From the NCBI GenBank assembly GCA_964555255.1, contig CAZKRG010000003.1, positions 1-47,420 on the forward strand: a stretch of DNA of 47,420 bases, given 5' to 3'. Below the pieces are notes generated by a model, which was not told the DNA's origin, ran no database searches, and saw only the letters and a list, made by a program, of their open reading frames with translations. Origin of the DNA: an uncultured Candidatus Saccharibacteria bacterium. Its GTDB lineage: Bacteria; Patescibacteriota; Minisyncoccia; UBA6257; 2-01-FULL-56-20. How positions within the stretch are numbered: position 1 is the first letter of the stretch; every line of letters starts with the position of its first letter. This document shows positions 39,147-47,420 of this stretch, in pieces. The translations under genes and the position numbers were made by a program.

Positions 39147-40337
39147 CTACGTAATATCCTTAAACCCTTCGAGCGCTTTGGCTTTGTCGTGCTCACGGAT
39201 TTTCTCGAGTGCTTTGGCTTCAATCTGCCGAATACGTTCACGCGTGACGCCGAATGCCTTTCCCACCTCTTCGAGCGTGTGCGTTACCCCATCTTCCAAC
39301 CCGAATCGCATTTTTAAAATCTTCTGTTCCCGTTCGGTAAGGTCCACGAGAATCTCTTTAATCAAATCGCGAAGTAAGGCGCGCGCGGTAAGCTGCGCCG
39401 GTGTGGCATTCTTCTCGTCGGGAATAAAGTCGGAAAGCGTTGAATCCTCCTCATCACCAATGGGCGTTTCAATCGAGAGCACTTCCTGCGAAATTTTCTG
39501 AATGTGGCGAATTTTCTCCACATCCATTCCCATTTCGGCCGCAATCTCTTCCGCGAGCGGCTCGCGCCCCAATTCCTGAATCAACTGCCGCCGCATCTGG
39601 GTATATTTTGAAATCGTTTCCACCATGTGCACGGGAATCCGCACGGTGCGCGACTGATCCGCAAGGGCACGCGTAATCGCCTGCCGGATCCACCACGTCG
39701 CATAGGTCGAAAACTTGAATCCTTTCCGATAATCAAATTTCTCGACTGCCCGCGAGAGCCCGATGTTCCCCTCTTGAATCAAATCGAGAATCGAAAGATG
39801 CGGCGTCCGGTTGATATACCGCTTCGCAATCGAAACCACAAGCCGGAGGTTGGCCTTCATCAATTTCTGCCGCGCTTCTTCGTCTCCCTTCTCCACGCGC
39901 TTCGCAAGCTCGCGCTCCTCCTCTTTCGTAAGCAGCGGGGTCTTTCCAATTTCCTTCAAGTACATCTGCACCGCATCTGGCACATCGCCCTCGAACGCGG
40001 TGGCTTCCTCCAATTCTTTCTTCGTCACTTCCCCCTTCGAAATCTCGATGAGTCCTCCCGTCTCCACCACCTTCACCCCCGCCTTCTCCAACCGATCATA
40101 AATAACCTCAAGAAACGAGAGGTCCTGCTCAATCGACGGAAAGTGATACAAAATTTCATTGTCCGTCACAAACCCCCGCGGTCGGCCGCGGTTGACAAGC
40201 TCCTGAAGCGCCGCTTCATCGAGTCTCTTCTTTTCCTCGGATTTCTTGGAAGTTCGAGTTGCTTTCTTGGTTCTCTTGGGAGGAACCCTCTTTCCCTTAC
40301 TCTTTTCTGCTTTGGATTTATTAGATTTTTTCTTCAT
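39147..40337 (-). CDS. rpoD: Primary sigma factor RpoD/SigA
   Basis: [54 protein letters not shown]; downstream of dnaG. Confidence 0.97.
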   Translation of the reverse strand: MKKKSNKSKAEKSKGKRVPPKRTKKATRTSKKSEEKKRLDEAALQELVNRGRPRGFVTDNEILYHFPSIEQDLSFLEVIYDRLEKAGVKVVETGGLIEISKGEVTKKELEEATAFEGDVPDAVQMYLKEIGKTPLLTKEEERELAKRVEKGDEEARQKLMKANLRLVVSIAKRYINRTPHLSILDLIQEGNIGLSRAVEKFDYRKGFKFSTYATWWIRQAITRALADQSRTVRIPVHMVETISKYTQMRRQLIQELGREPLAEEIAAEMGMDVEKIRHIQKISQEVLSIETPIGDEEDSTLSDFIPDEKNATPAQLTARALLRDLIKEILVDLTEREQKILKMRFGLEDGVTHTLEEVGKAFGVTRERIRQIEAKALEKIREHDKAKALEGFKDIT

Positions 40338-40445
40338 CCCGTGAGAGATAGGAAACGCTTCGATATGCTTCTTTGAAGGCGCTTACCCATATAGATTCGT
40401 ATATTAGTACATTTATCCTCTTTTGTATATTTCACCGCAATTTTA

Positions 40446-40473
40446 CGCCTTGCGATGTTGGACATCGCAAGAC
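40446..40473. repeat. CGTCTTGCGATG family, copy 4 (short, degenerate)
   Basis: CGCCTTGCGATGT-TGG-ACATCGCAAGAC between dnaG and rpoD. Confidence 0.7.
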
Positions 40474-40486
40474 ACCGAACGTCGAC

Positions 40487-42187
40487 TCACGACGGAAGCT
40501 TCTGTAACTCGGCTAGCGCACGAGCTACTTCCACCTCATCTCCACAGGATTCCGCGAGCCGCACCGTGTGTGTAAGCGCTTCTCGCCGTCTTCGGAAATA
40601 TTCTTTTGGAAGTTCTTGCTGGAGCAATGCCGGGTCCTCATGCTCGTCCATCCCCGCTCGAAAAAAGATCCCCTCCAACACGCTATCCAATTCGGGATCA
40701 CCGCTCTGTTTTTTCCCCTCTTGCACTAGTGCGAGTCCCCGCTGATAGAGCGGCATCAAAAACTCTTTGAGTCCCTCGGCGAACGTAAGCTCTCCCCTCG
40801 AAACCGCGTAGGAAAGCACTCGCTCGCTCAAGAGTTCCAACCGAGTCCGTACGCGAGGCACCGTTGTGTCTTTCTCCGAGAAAGTAGATGCTGTAGCAGG
40901 AACAGCGTGAATCGCCTTTTCGGCTTCCTCCCGAAGTACCCGTTCCTCAATGGCGGTGCGGCGGGAAAGTTCGCGGAACCAGGAATCCCGAGACACCGGA
41001 CTCGTGATCATAACTATCTTCCGAAGCACTGCACGCAAGCGTTGGAGTCCCTCTCGGTCGGAAAAATCGGCGGCTTCTCCCAAATACTTCTCAAAGTAAA
41101 AGAGCATTGCCGGCCGTGCATGCATGACCGCTTCCTTGAGCGCAAGAGGATTCGCCGCTGCTGCTTCCGCCGGATCCTTTACCCCTTGGAGAGTGACTAC
41201 TTTTACATGAAAATCCTCTGATTGCGCAAGGTCAATCGCCCGCTCACCCGCGGCAAGCCCCGCAGCATCATTGTCGAAGGAAAACACAAGTTCGTCCGCT
41301 AATCGGTGAAGTGTCCGTAAATGTTCTGCAGTAAACGCGGTCCCCGAACTCGCAACAACATTAGAAACTCCGGCTTGCCAGCTCATAAGACAATCCATTT
41401 GTCCTTCCACCACAAAAGCGCTCTTTGCTTCACGAATGGCATTCTTTGTCGTCCAAAACCCGTAGAGCAACTTTGACTTCTGGAAAATAGGAGTTTCTGG
41501 AGTATTCACATATTTTGCAATCTCCTGACCTTCAGAAACAGTAAGACTCGGCAACACTCTTCCAGTAAATCCCGCCACTTTCCCAAAATGATTATGAATC
41601 GGAAACATGATGCGCCCGCGGAACCGATCGATGATCGCGCCCCGTTCAGTGCGAAATGCCAATCCTGCATGAATAATCTCATCGGGACTCAATCCCTTTT
41701 TGATAAGGTGAAGGGTAAGAGCCTCTGCGCCCGAAGGAGCCCATCCCAACTCAAAAGTATCAACCGCATGCTTTGCGAGTTTCCGTTCATGAAGGTACTC
41801 CCTCGCGGGTGCATAGGTTTCGAATTGTCCTCGGAAAAATTCTTTTGCATATACATTAGCTTCATACAACGCCCCGGAAAGTTTGTATTCCGCGGGATTC
41901 ACCCGTTTAAGTTCTATTCCTGCCTTTTCTGCAAGCACGCGGAGTGCCTCCCCGAATTCTATATTCTCGTAGCGCATGAGAAAAGAAAAAACATCTCCTC
42001 CTAAAGAACATCCAAAACAGTGCCAACTCTGCCGGTCCTGAGACACCATAAATGACGGCGTACGCTCCTTGTGAAACGGACAACGAGCCTTAAAGTTCTT
42101 CCCTGCCGGCTGGAGCACTAAGTATCCCCGCAAGAAATCGACGATATCAAGCCTCTCTTTTACAAGCTCAACTGGAGTAGCACCCAT
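40487..42187 (-). CDS. dnaG: DNA primase
   Basis: CPFHKERTPSF...CFGC zinc finger, RFRGRIMFPI, KYVNTPET, VEGQMD, FDNDAAG, KDP. Confidence 0.97.
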   Translation of the reverse strand: MGATPVELVKERLDIVDFLRGYLVLQPAGKNFKARCPFHKERTPSFMVSQDRQSWHCFGCSLGGDVFSFLMRYENIEFGEALRVLAEKAGIELKRVNPAEYKLSGALYEANVYAKEFFRGQFETYAPAREYLHERKLAKHAVDTFELGWAPSGAEALTLHLIKKGLSPDEIIHAGLAFRTERGAIIDRFRGRIMFPIHNHFGKVAGFTGRVLPSLTVSEGQEIAKYVNTPETPIFQKSKLLYGFWTTKNAIREAKSAFVVEGQMDCLMSWQAGVSNVVASSGTAFTAEHLRTLHRLADELVFSFDNDAAGLAAGERAIDLAQSEDFHVKVVTLQGVKDPAEAAAANPLALKEAVMHARPAMLFYFEKYLGEAADFSDREGLQRLRAVLRKIVMITSPVSRDSWFRELSRRTAIEERVLREEAEKAIHAVPATASTFSEKDTTVPRVRTRLELLSERVLSYAVSRGELTFAEGLKEFLMPLYQRGLALVQEGKKQSGDPELDSVLEGIFFRAGMDEHEDPALLQQELPKEYFRRRREALTHTVRLAESCGDEVEVARALAELQKLPS

Positions 42188-42495
42188 GTCCTGCCAATTT
42201 TAGAACTCATCTCAAAAATATACCAGCCACATCTCAAGGAATAGCAAAACCCCTCGGAATGAGGGGTTTTGCATGCATACTCCCAGTAACACTATAATCC
42301 GAGGAACTGATTGATTTTTGTCCGCGTCCAACGCTTCCTTATACTTTCCATATAATAAATAAGCCCCCAACCGGCTTTGGTTTAATGACACCACTCCAAA
42401 AGTTGTCGAAAAGGAAAATCTGTGGATAACGAGCTCTAGTAAATAATGAACCAGCGGGTACTTACGGCTGGAAACAGATTTGTTAAAGTATACTT

Positions 42496-44358
42496 ATGAA
42501 AGTATCAACAACGGTATTAGTATTAGTATTAGTCATTCTTTATTTCCTAGCAATCGGAGGAGTTTTTTTTGTTTTTAATAGATCTTTCAAAGCCAACAAT
42601 GCCACAAAAACAAAAAATCCTCCTGATGAACAAGTTGCATTGTCAGACGAAAAACTTAAGGAAAAAATAGGACAAATGATAATAACCGGTTTTCGTGGAA
42701 CAGAAGCTCCAGAAAACTCTGATGTTTATACGATGATTAAAGATGTTAAACCCGGCGGCGTTGTTCTTTTCGATCAAGATGTTCCGTCAAACAGTTTTCC
42801 GCGAAATATCATAAATTATGAACAGACAAAAAAACTTATATCCGACATCCAAACGTATTCTACAACGCCATTGTTTGTCGCAGTAGATGCCGAAGGAGGA
42901 AATGTAAATCGTCTAAAACAAAAATATGGATTTTTGCCGATTGTTTCTGCAGAAAAAATGGCCCAAGATAAAACCTCACAAACTACCTATAAAGAATCGA
43001 CAGACTTGGCAGTGGAATTGAGGGGACTAGGGTTTAATATGGATCTTGCTCCTGTGGTGGATATAAATATAAATTCCAAAAATCCTATTATCGGTGCCTT
43101 GGGACGTTCTTTCTCCTCTGATGAAAATGAAGTTTCAAAACAAGCAGAAGTGTTTGTGAAAAATTTACAGAAAAACGACATTATTGCCGTAGCAAAACAT
43201 TTTCCCGGACAAGGAAGTGCGACAAAAGATACCCACAACGGGCAAGTTGATATAACAAATACATACAAAAACGAGGAGTTGTTGCCTTACCAGAATTTGA
43301 ATAATGACAGCTTGCTTAAAGCGGTCATGGTAGCCCACATAATAAATAAAAATATTGATAGAAATTACCCCGCAACTTTATCTGAAATATTTTTACAAAA
43401 TATTTTAAGAAAGCAAGTTGGATTTAAAGGCATCATCATTTCTGATGATATGCAAATGGCTGCCATTAGCGACAATTATAAATTGGACGAAGCAATAATA
43501 ACGGCAATAAACGCTGGCATTGATATGGTAATGGTTTCGAACAATAGCCAAAATGGATATGACAAAAATTTGGCATACAAGGTAAAAGATATAATTTTTG
43601 ATGCTGTAAAAAATGGAAAAATCAAAGAGCGGAGAATTGAAGAATCTTACAATCGCATCATAAACTTAAAAAGAGAATTTGGAATAGTTTATTCTGCAGA
43701 GAATAATAAGGAAAGAATAGAAAGGATAAAATCTAAAAATTTTGAATTGATAGGGCAAACAAATGCTCTTACTTTCGGCGACGCTTTAGAAATCGCAAAA
43801 AATGTAGAAAAAATAGCAGTCATTCGCCCCGCCTTCCTTTTGGCAATTTTTCAAGAAGAATTGAAATTGGAAAAATTTGATATGTGCTATCTAGCCAATT
43901 TTAAAACGGGCGAAGGTATAAGAGCCATCGACGGGAAAAAATTGGCAAAAGTTATGAAAGCTGATAGAGATATACCATATTTTTTGGAAATTACTCGGGG
44001 ATTAGGAAGAGATCCTTCAAAAACTTTGGTAACTTGTCCTATGAGTTTTGGATACGGCGGAGCAATAGGCCCTGCTGATTTCATCCCTTCGACATGGATG
44101 AAGTATAAAGACAAAATCGAAAAAAATACCGGAAAACCGGCAGATCCTTGGGATATTTATGATGCGTTTTTAGCAGCTGGGCTTTATTTATCTGAATCGG
44201 GGGCGAATTTGAAAACCCGCAAAGAAGAATGGAATTCCGCTATGATATATTTTTCTGGTTCAATCAACTCACCATATACTTGGTATGCAGACGGAACTAG
44301 TATGATAGCGGATACTATTCAGCGAGATATTGAAACGATCGAAGAAACTAAAAAATAG
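42496..44358 (+). CDS. Membrane-anchored GH3 beta-N-acetylhexosaminidase fused to a lytic-transglycosylase-like domain
   Basis: EKIGQM, DAEGGNVNRL, APVVD, KHFPGQG....DTH, SDDMQM (NagZ-like); C-terminal AIFQEE...GAIGPADFIPSTW...DPW...AAGLYL (SLT/MltB-like). Confidence 0.88.
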   Translation: MKVSTTVLVLVLVILYFLAIGGVFFVFNRSFKANNATKTKNPPDEQVALSDEKLKEKIGQMIITGFRGTEAPENSDVYTMIKDVKPGGVVLFDQDVPSNSFPRNIINYEQTKKLISDIQTYSTTPLFVAVDAEGGNVNRLKQKYGFLPIVSAEKMAQDKTSQTTYKESTDLAVELRGLGFNMDLAPVVDININSKNPIIGALGRSFSSDENEVSKQAEVFVKNLQKNDIIAVAKHFPGQGSATKDTHNGQVDITNTYKNEELLPYQNLNNDSLLKAVMVAHIINKNIDRNYPATLSEIFLQNILRKQVGFKGIIISDDMQMAAISDNYKLDEAIITAINAGIDMVMVSNNSQNGYDKNLAYKVKDIIFDAVKNGKIKERRIEESYNRIINLKREFGIVYSAENNKERIERIKSKNFELIGQTNALTFGDALEIAKNVEKIAVIRPAFLLAIFQEELKLEKFDMCYLANFKTGEGIRAIDGKKLAKVMKADRDIPYFLEITRGLGRDPSKTLVTCPMSFGYGGAIGPADFIPSTWMKYKDKIEKNTGKPADPWDIYDAFLAAGLYLSESGANLKTRKEEWNSAMIYFSGSINSPYTWYADGTSMIADTIQRDIETIEETKK

Positions 44359-44605
44359 CAAAACGGATTTTTCAAAAAAATTCCCTTTTGCCCCACACCC
44401 CAAAGAAATTTTTTGCGCCTGAGCCATTTTCGTTTTTGACTTTGTTTGTGCCACCCGCGAAATTTCCAGCAAGAGAAAAAGTTTTATTGTGAGTATATTT
44501 ACAACAAAGCTCGAACCGATTTTTGCGAAAAATCCTTGACCCCGCCTCCGCTTCGCTCCGGCGGAACGCTCGGGCGGCGCGGGAAGAAAAAGGGGTGTGG
44601 GGAAA

Positions 44606-45053
44606 GTGACCCACTCCCCGTGCTTCAGCGCGGGGCTTCTTTTCGGGTTTCCATGTGCCCGCGTACGTGCAAAAGAAGATTGTTCAAAACAGAGCGGTGG
44701 TCTGGGGCTTCTGTTCTTTCTTGTCCTGCCACTCAATATATTTCTTGATCTGTGCCTCGTTGAGTCCCACTGAGGACACGAAATACCCGACGCTCCAGAT
44801 GCCGTTCTTCTCAAGATACATGTCTCGGATGAATTTGAATTCTTTGCGAAGTGCCATGCTCGAAGTACCTTTGAGTTTCTGGACGGCATCTGCGATGGCG
44901 ATGGAGGGTGGAATCTCCATCTGAATATGGACATGATCCTCATCGGTATTCACCGTGTGGATTATAGAGCGTCGGGTATTTTGTGCAGGTGGCATAGAGA
45001 CTTTCCTTGAGCCGAGCCTTCAGTCGGGCTCCGGGCTTCCATTGAGGAAGCCC
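44606..45053 (-). mobile_element. Degenerate IS200/IS605-family element
   Basis: Minus-strand right end GAAGCCCCGCGCTGAAGCACGGGGAGTGGGTCAC (hairpin plus TCAC); tnpA remnant; GGGCTTCC/GGAAGCCC hairpin at 45033-45053 as a possible left boundary. Confidence 0.75.
44684..45025 (-). pseudogene. tnpA: IS200-type Y1 HUH transposase remnant
   Basis: DEDHVH (HUH), LKGTSS, WSVGYFVSSVG, IKKYIEWQ; a +1 frameshift near 44961-44965 separates ...KYPTLY from IHTVN...; the N-terminus is missing. Confidence 0.85.
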
Positions 45054-45089
45054 ATTGTTCGGTAGGAAAAAAATCTACCTGTTTGATTG

Positions 45090-45163
45090 TGGAGCGAGTG
45101 AAGGGAATCGAACCCTCGTCTATAGCTTGGGAAGCTATCGTACTGCCACTGTACTACACTCGC
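45090..45163 (-). tRNA. tRNA-Gly (CCC)
   Basis: GCGAGTGTAGTACAGTGGCAGTACGATAGCTTCCCAAGCTATAGACGAGGGTTCGATTCCCTTCACTCGCTCCA. Confidence 0.96.
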
Positions 45164-45218
45164 AACCTTAGCATCCTACGTGCTTCCCCTCTTTTTCTCA
45201 AGACCCGTGGATTTAAAC

Positions 45219-45884
45219 TCAATCTCCTTGAGAATCCCCTCCTCGATCTTCAACAAGCGGCACGAAGGTGAACCCGTGATACATCCGCACATTGTAATCA
45301 CTGGGAGAAAGTTTGTCTTGCACCTCAATAGTAGTTTCAACAGGAGCGACAATCCTCCCACCCATACAAAGTTGATTTTTCCACTTCACAGGAATAACTC
45401 CTGCCGTTGCCCCTGTAATAATTCGGTCATAAGGCGCATAGCGTTCACATCCGTGAGAACCATCTTCCGCAACCACCTTTACAATACCTTTCTTCACCAA
45501 CCCATAGTGTTCTAAATTCTTCTCCGCAGCCTCGGCAAGAGGTAAGATGCGCTCCATGGAAATAACGAGAGGAAACCGAGCTCCCGGTTGTGAAGTTTTG
45601 ACTGCGAACGCCAACAACGCAGTAAACCATCCAAGCCCTGTGCCCACTTCCAAAATACGTTCTCCCGGCAAAGGATTTAAAAGTTCCAGCATAAACGCCA
45701 CTATGGAAGGCCGAGGAATGATCTGTCCAAATCCAATAGAAAGAGCCTCATTTTCATACGCGTGCGCCTCCTCAATCGAGGGAAGAAAATCCTTTCGATC
45801 CACCTTCTTAAAAGCTTCGATAAGGGGAAGGGATCGAAGGTAATCGCGCTCGATAAGTTGTCGGAGTAAGACATCTCGGGTCAT
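45219..45884 (-). CDS. pcm: Protein-L-isoaspartate O-methyltransferase
   Basis: AFKKVDRKDF, AYENEALSIGFGQ, ILEVGTGLGW, APYDRI, GGRIVAPV, FVPLV. Confidence 0.9.
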   Translation of the reverse strand: MTRDVLLRQLIERDYLRSLPLIEAFKKVDRKDFLPSIEEAHAYENEALSIGFGQIIPRPSIVAFMLELLNPLPGERILEVGTGLGWFTALLAFAVKTSQPGARFPLVISMERILPLAEAAEKNLEHYGLVKKGIVKVVAEDGSHGCERYAPYDRIITGATAGVIPVKWKNQLCMGGRIVAPVETTIEVQDKLSPSDYNVRMYHGFTFVPLVEDRGGDSQGD

Positions 45885-46024
45885 AGCCTGCCTTAGAGCA
45901 CACATCTCCCAACATGCGCTGCATAGGGTTTCTTTTTGTCTACCTCTTTGCCCCGCTTAAGTCAACTGCCACACCAGCGAGAAAAACCCGTGAATACTAC
46001 TCGGGGGTATCCGCGGACTAAAAC

Positions 46025-46582
46025 CTACGGAACCTTTTTCACTTGTGTCCCTGTCCACGTAAACCCCGGAGAAAATAAAAGAATCCTGTTATTTTGTTTT
46101 GCCTCTGCGAGCCACTTCGAAAAATCCTCCCCTTTCAAAAAAAGTTGTCCTATAAGGATCTCGCGCTCTGCTTGAGGAATGAGCACCATCCGCCGAAATT
46201 CTTGCGCATTGAATCCATATACAACTTCTGCCGCCTGCGCAAGTTTAGAGTCTTCTTCTACTACAGATTGCACCCGTTCAGTTACCAACGTTTCTGCAGT
46301 CTTTCCCATCTCCTTTTCAATTTCTTTATGCACAAGAGCGGATTCAATAAGTCCTTCAAGCACCGCCCCTTCTACATCCGACCGGGGAGAGGTACTTGAA
46401 ACCCCATAAACCTCGGTCGCATGGGAATAATACTGAAGAACCGCTCGATATTGTTCTTGAAAATCACGAGCAAAAAGAAAGCTCCCGCCGACAGAAGCTA
46501 CAGGATAATATCCTCCCCGCACCACAAATGTGATCCCTAATGCTACGACCACGAGAGAAAAGAAAATAAAATAGTGTTTCAT
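46025..46582 (-). CDS. SurA N-terminal-domain-like membrane-anchored protein
   Basis: TM helix, PVASVGG, VLEGLIESALV and a helical chaperone-like pattern ending in FSKWLAE. Confidence 0.6.
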   Translation of the reverse strand: MKHYFIFFSLVVVALGITFVVRGGYYPVASVGGSFLFARDFQEQYRAVLQYYSHATEVYGVSSTSPRSDVEGAVLEGLIESALVHKEIEKEMGKTAETLVTERVQSVVEEDSKLAQAAEVVYGFNAQEFRRMVLIPQAEREILIGQLFLKGEDFSKWLAEAKQNNRILLFSPGFTWTGTQVKKVP

Positions 46583-46872
46583 GGGATCGTGGAAGAAGAG
46601 GAGGTGGCCAGGGGAGGAACGAGAATTAAAAGTTTCTCCTGTGCTCCCCGATAATTGAACCGCGTACGCATTTCTTTCTCCAAATTTTCCGGCCGGTTGA
46701 AATAATTGAGATTCGCTTGAAGAGCAGCAGCTTCCTTCTGTGCGTCAGTAAGCTGCCGCGTAGACTCAGAAACTTCCCTCTGCAACACTCCATTCTGTTT
46801 CATAAACCGCGCGATCTCCACACCGGTAACAATAAGGATAAGCGAGAGAGCCAAAATAGCAGCGATGCGCAT
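46579..46872 (-). CDS. Septum formation initiator (FtsB/DivIC-like)
   Basis: TM helix plus coiled coil plus PENLEKEMRTRFNY...EKLLI. Confidence 0.75.
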   Translation of the reverse strand: MRIAAILALSLILIVTGVEIARFMKQNGVLQREVSESTRQLTDAQKEAAALQANLNYFNRPENLEKEMRTRFNYRGAQEKLLILVPPLATSSSSTIP

Positions 46873-46911
46873 ACCCACATCTTACAATTTTCAATTTACA
46901 ATTTCTAATTT

Positions 46912-47351
46912 TCAATATGCGCGTTCATGCACAAACGAAGCATACCCGCGCCACGAAGCGAGCACATTTCCGAGATATCCCTCTGGCAATTTTCCTTGTA
47001 TAGCAAGTGCTGCAAGTCGCCGTTTCTTTTTCTTGAACCGCCTGACGGTGGATTTCCGGAGTTGCCGTCTCCCGCATCGGAGCACATATCCCAGGAAATC
47101 GATGCCGCATGCCGCCGGAAAAAGTTCGGATTTCTTGGGATGGAGTTCAAGGTTGAGCGCCTCCCAAAGAAAATCCCGTATCCGCTCCTTGGTTTCGCGC
47201 AGATGCTCTTTATCAGAACCAAGAATAATAAAATCATCCATGTAGCGGATATAGTAGCGCTCGTGAAGCTCGCGTTTCACGAAGTGATCGAACGCGTTCA
47301 GATAGACGTTCGCGAAAAGCTGGCTCGTGAGATTGCCGATGGGAACCCCAC
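46912..47351 (-). CDS. DGR-type reverse transcriptase, motif 4 to C-terminus (N-terminal half not present in the window)
   Basis: GVPIGNLTSQLFANVYL (the DGR-type xGxxxSQ variant), YIRYMDD, LELHPKK, GIDFLGY, SWRGY. Confidence 0.9.
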
Positions 47352-47420
47352 ATTGTTGTTCGCAGTGCCCGTGTCCCAATTCAGGTTCAGCGTGAATGGA
47401 CCAGCATTCGAACCATTGTT
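47343..47420 (-). repeat. DGR template-repeat-like segment (cut by the window edge)
   Basis: Reads NNGSNAGPFTLNLNWDTGTANNNVGF, with 8 of 26 codons AAY; this is the pattern of CLec/FGE-type DGR repeats that end in N(I/V)GFR. Confidence 0.8.

Noticed and set aside
44269-44943. 224-aa minus-strand ORF as TnpB or a tnpA fusion partner
   Set aside because: It has no RuvC or zinc-finger motifs, overlaps tnpA out of frame and runs through the IS right end.
46912-47420. Group II intron or retron RT
   Set aside because: Motif 4 is IGNLTSQ rather than QGxxxSP, no intron domain V/VI follows the ORF, and a TR-like sequence is adjacent.

Overview
This 47.4 kb window looks like chromosomal DNA from a Patescibacteria/CPR (Parcubacteria-like) bacterium. 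That assignment is an inference from the short ValRS and AlaRS, the PaaX/Cas2-like and baseplate-J-like conserved genes, GNVGIGTTSP-repeat proteins, apparently leaderless genes and normal use of TGA as stop. Core content: a complete F1Fo ATP synthase operon, tsaD, valS, prsW, hsp20, rpmB, the infA-rpmJ-rpsM-rpsK-rpsD-rpoA-rplQ-rplM-rpsI cluster, alaS, rpoD, dnaG, pcm and three tRNAs (Glu, Pro, Gly). Accessory content: pilin-like and surface-repeat proteins, a TrpR/YerC-led five-gene metabolic operon with a palindromic operator, a serine hydrolase broken by a 5-bp duplication, an AT-rich GH3/lytic transglycosylase fusion gene beside a decayed IS200/IS605 tnpA near tRNA-Gly, and a diversity-generating retroelement (DGR) at the right edge. 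The most notable signals are: (1) the DGR template-repeat-like sequence runs directly into RT motif 4; (2) a solo PaaX/Cas2-like gene is bracketed by two copies of the same spaced palindrome; (3) several dispersed palindrome families and 7-mer repeat tracts occur between genes and also in frame inside tsaD, valS and rplM; (4) ValRS carries an inserted histidine-phosphatase domain; (5) RpoA lacks its C-terminal domain; (6) two intergenic regions look like structured ncRNAs. All calls come from reading motifs by eye; no database searches were run.
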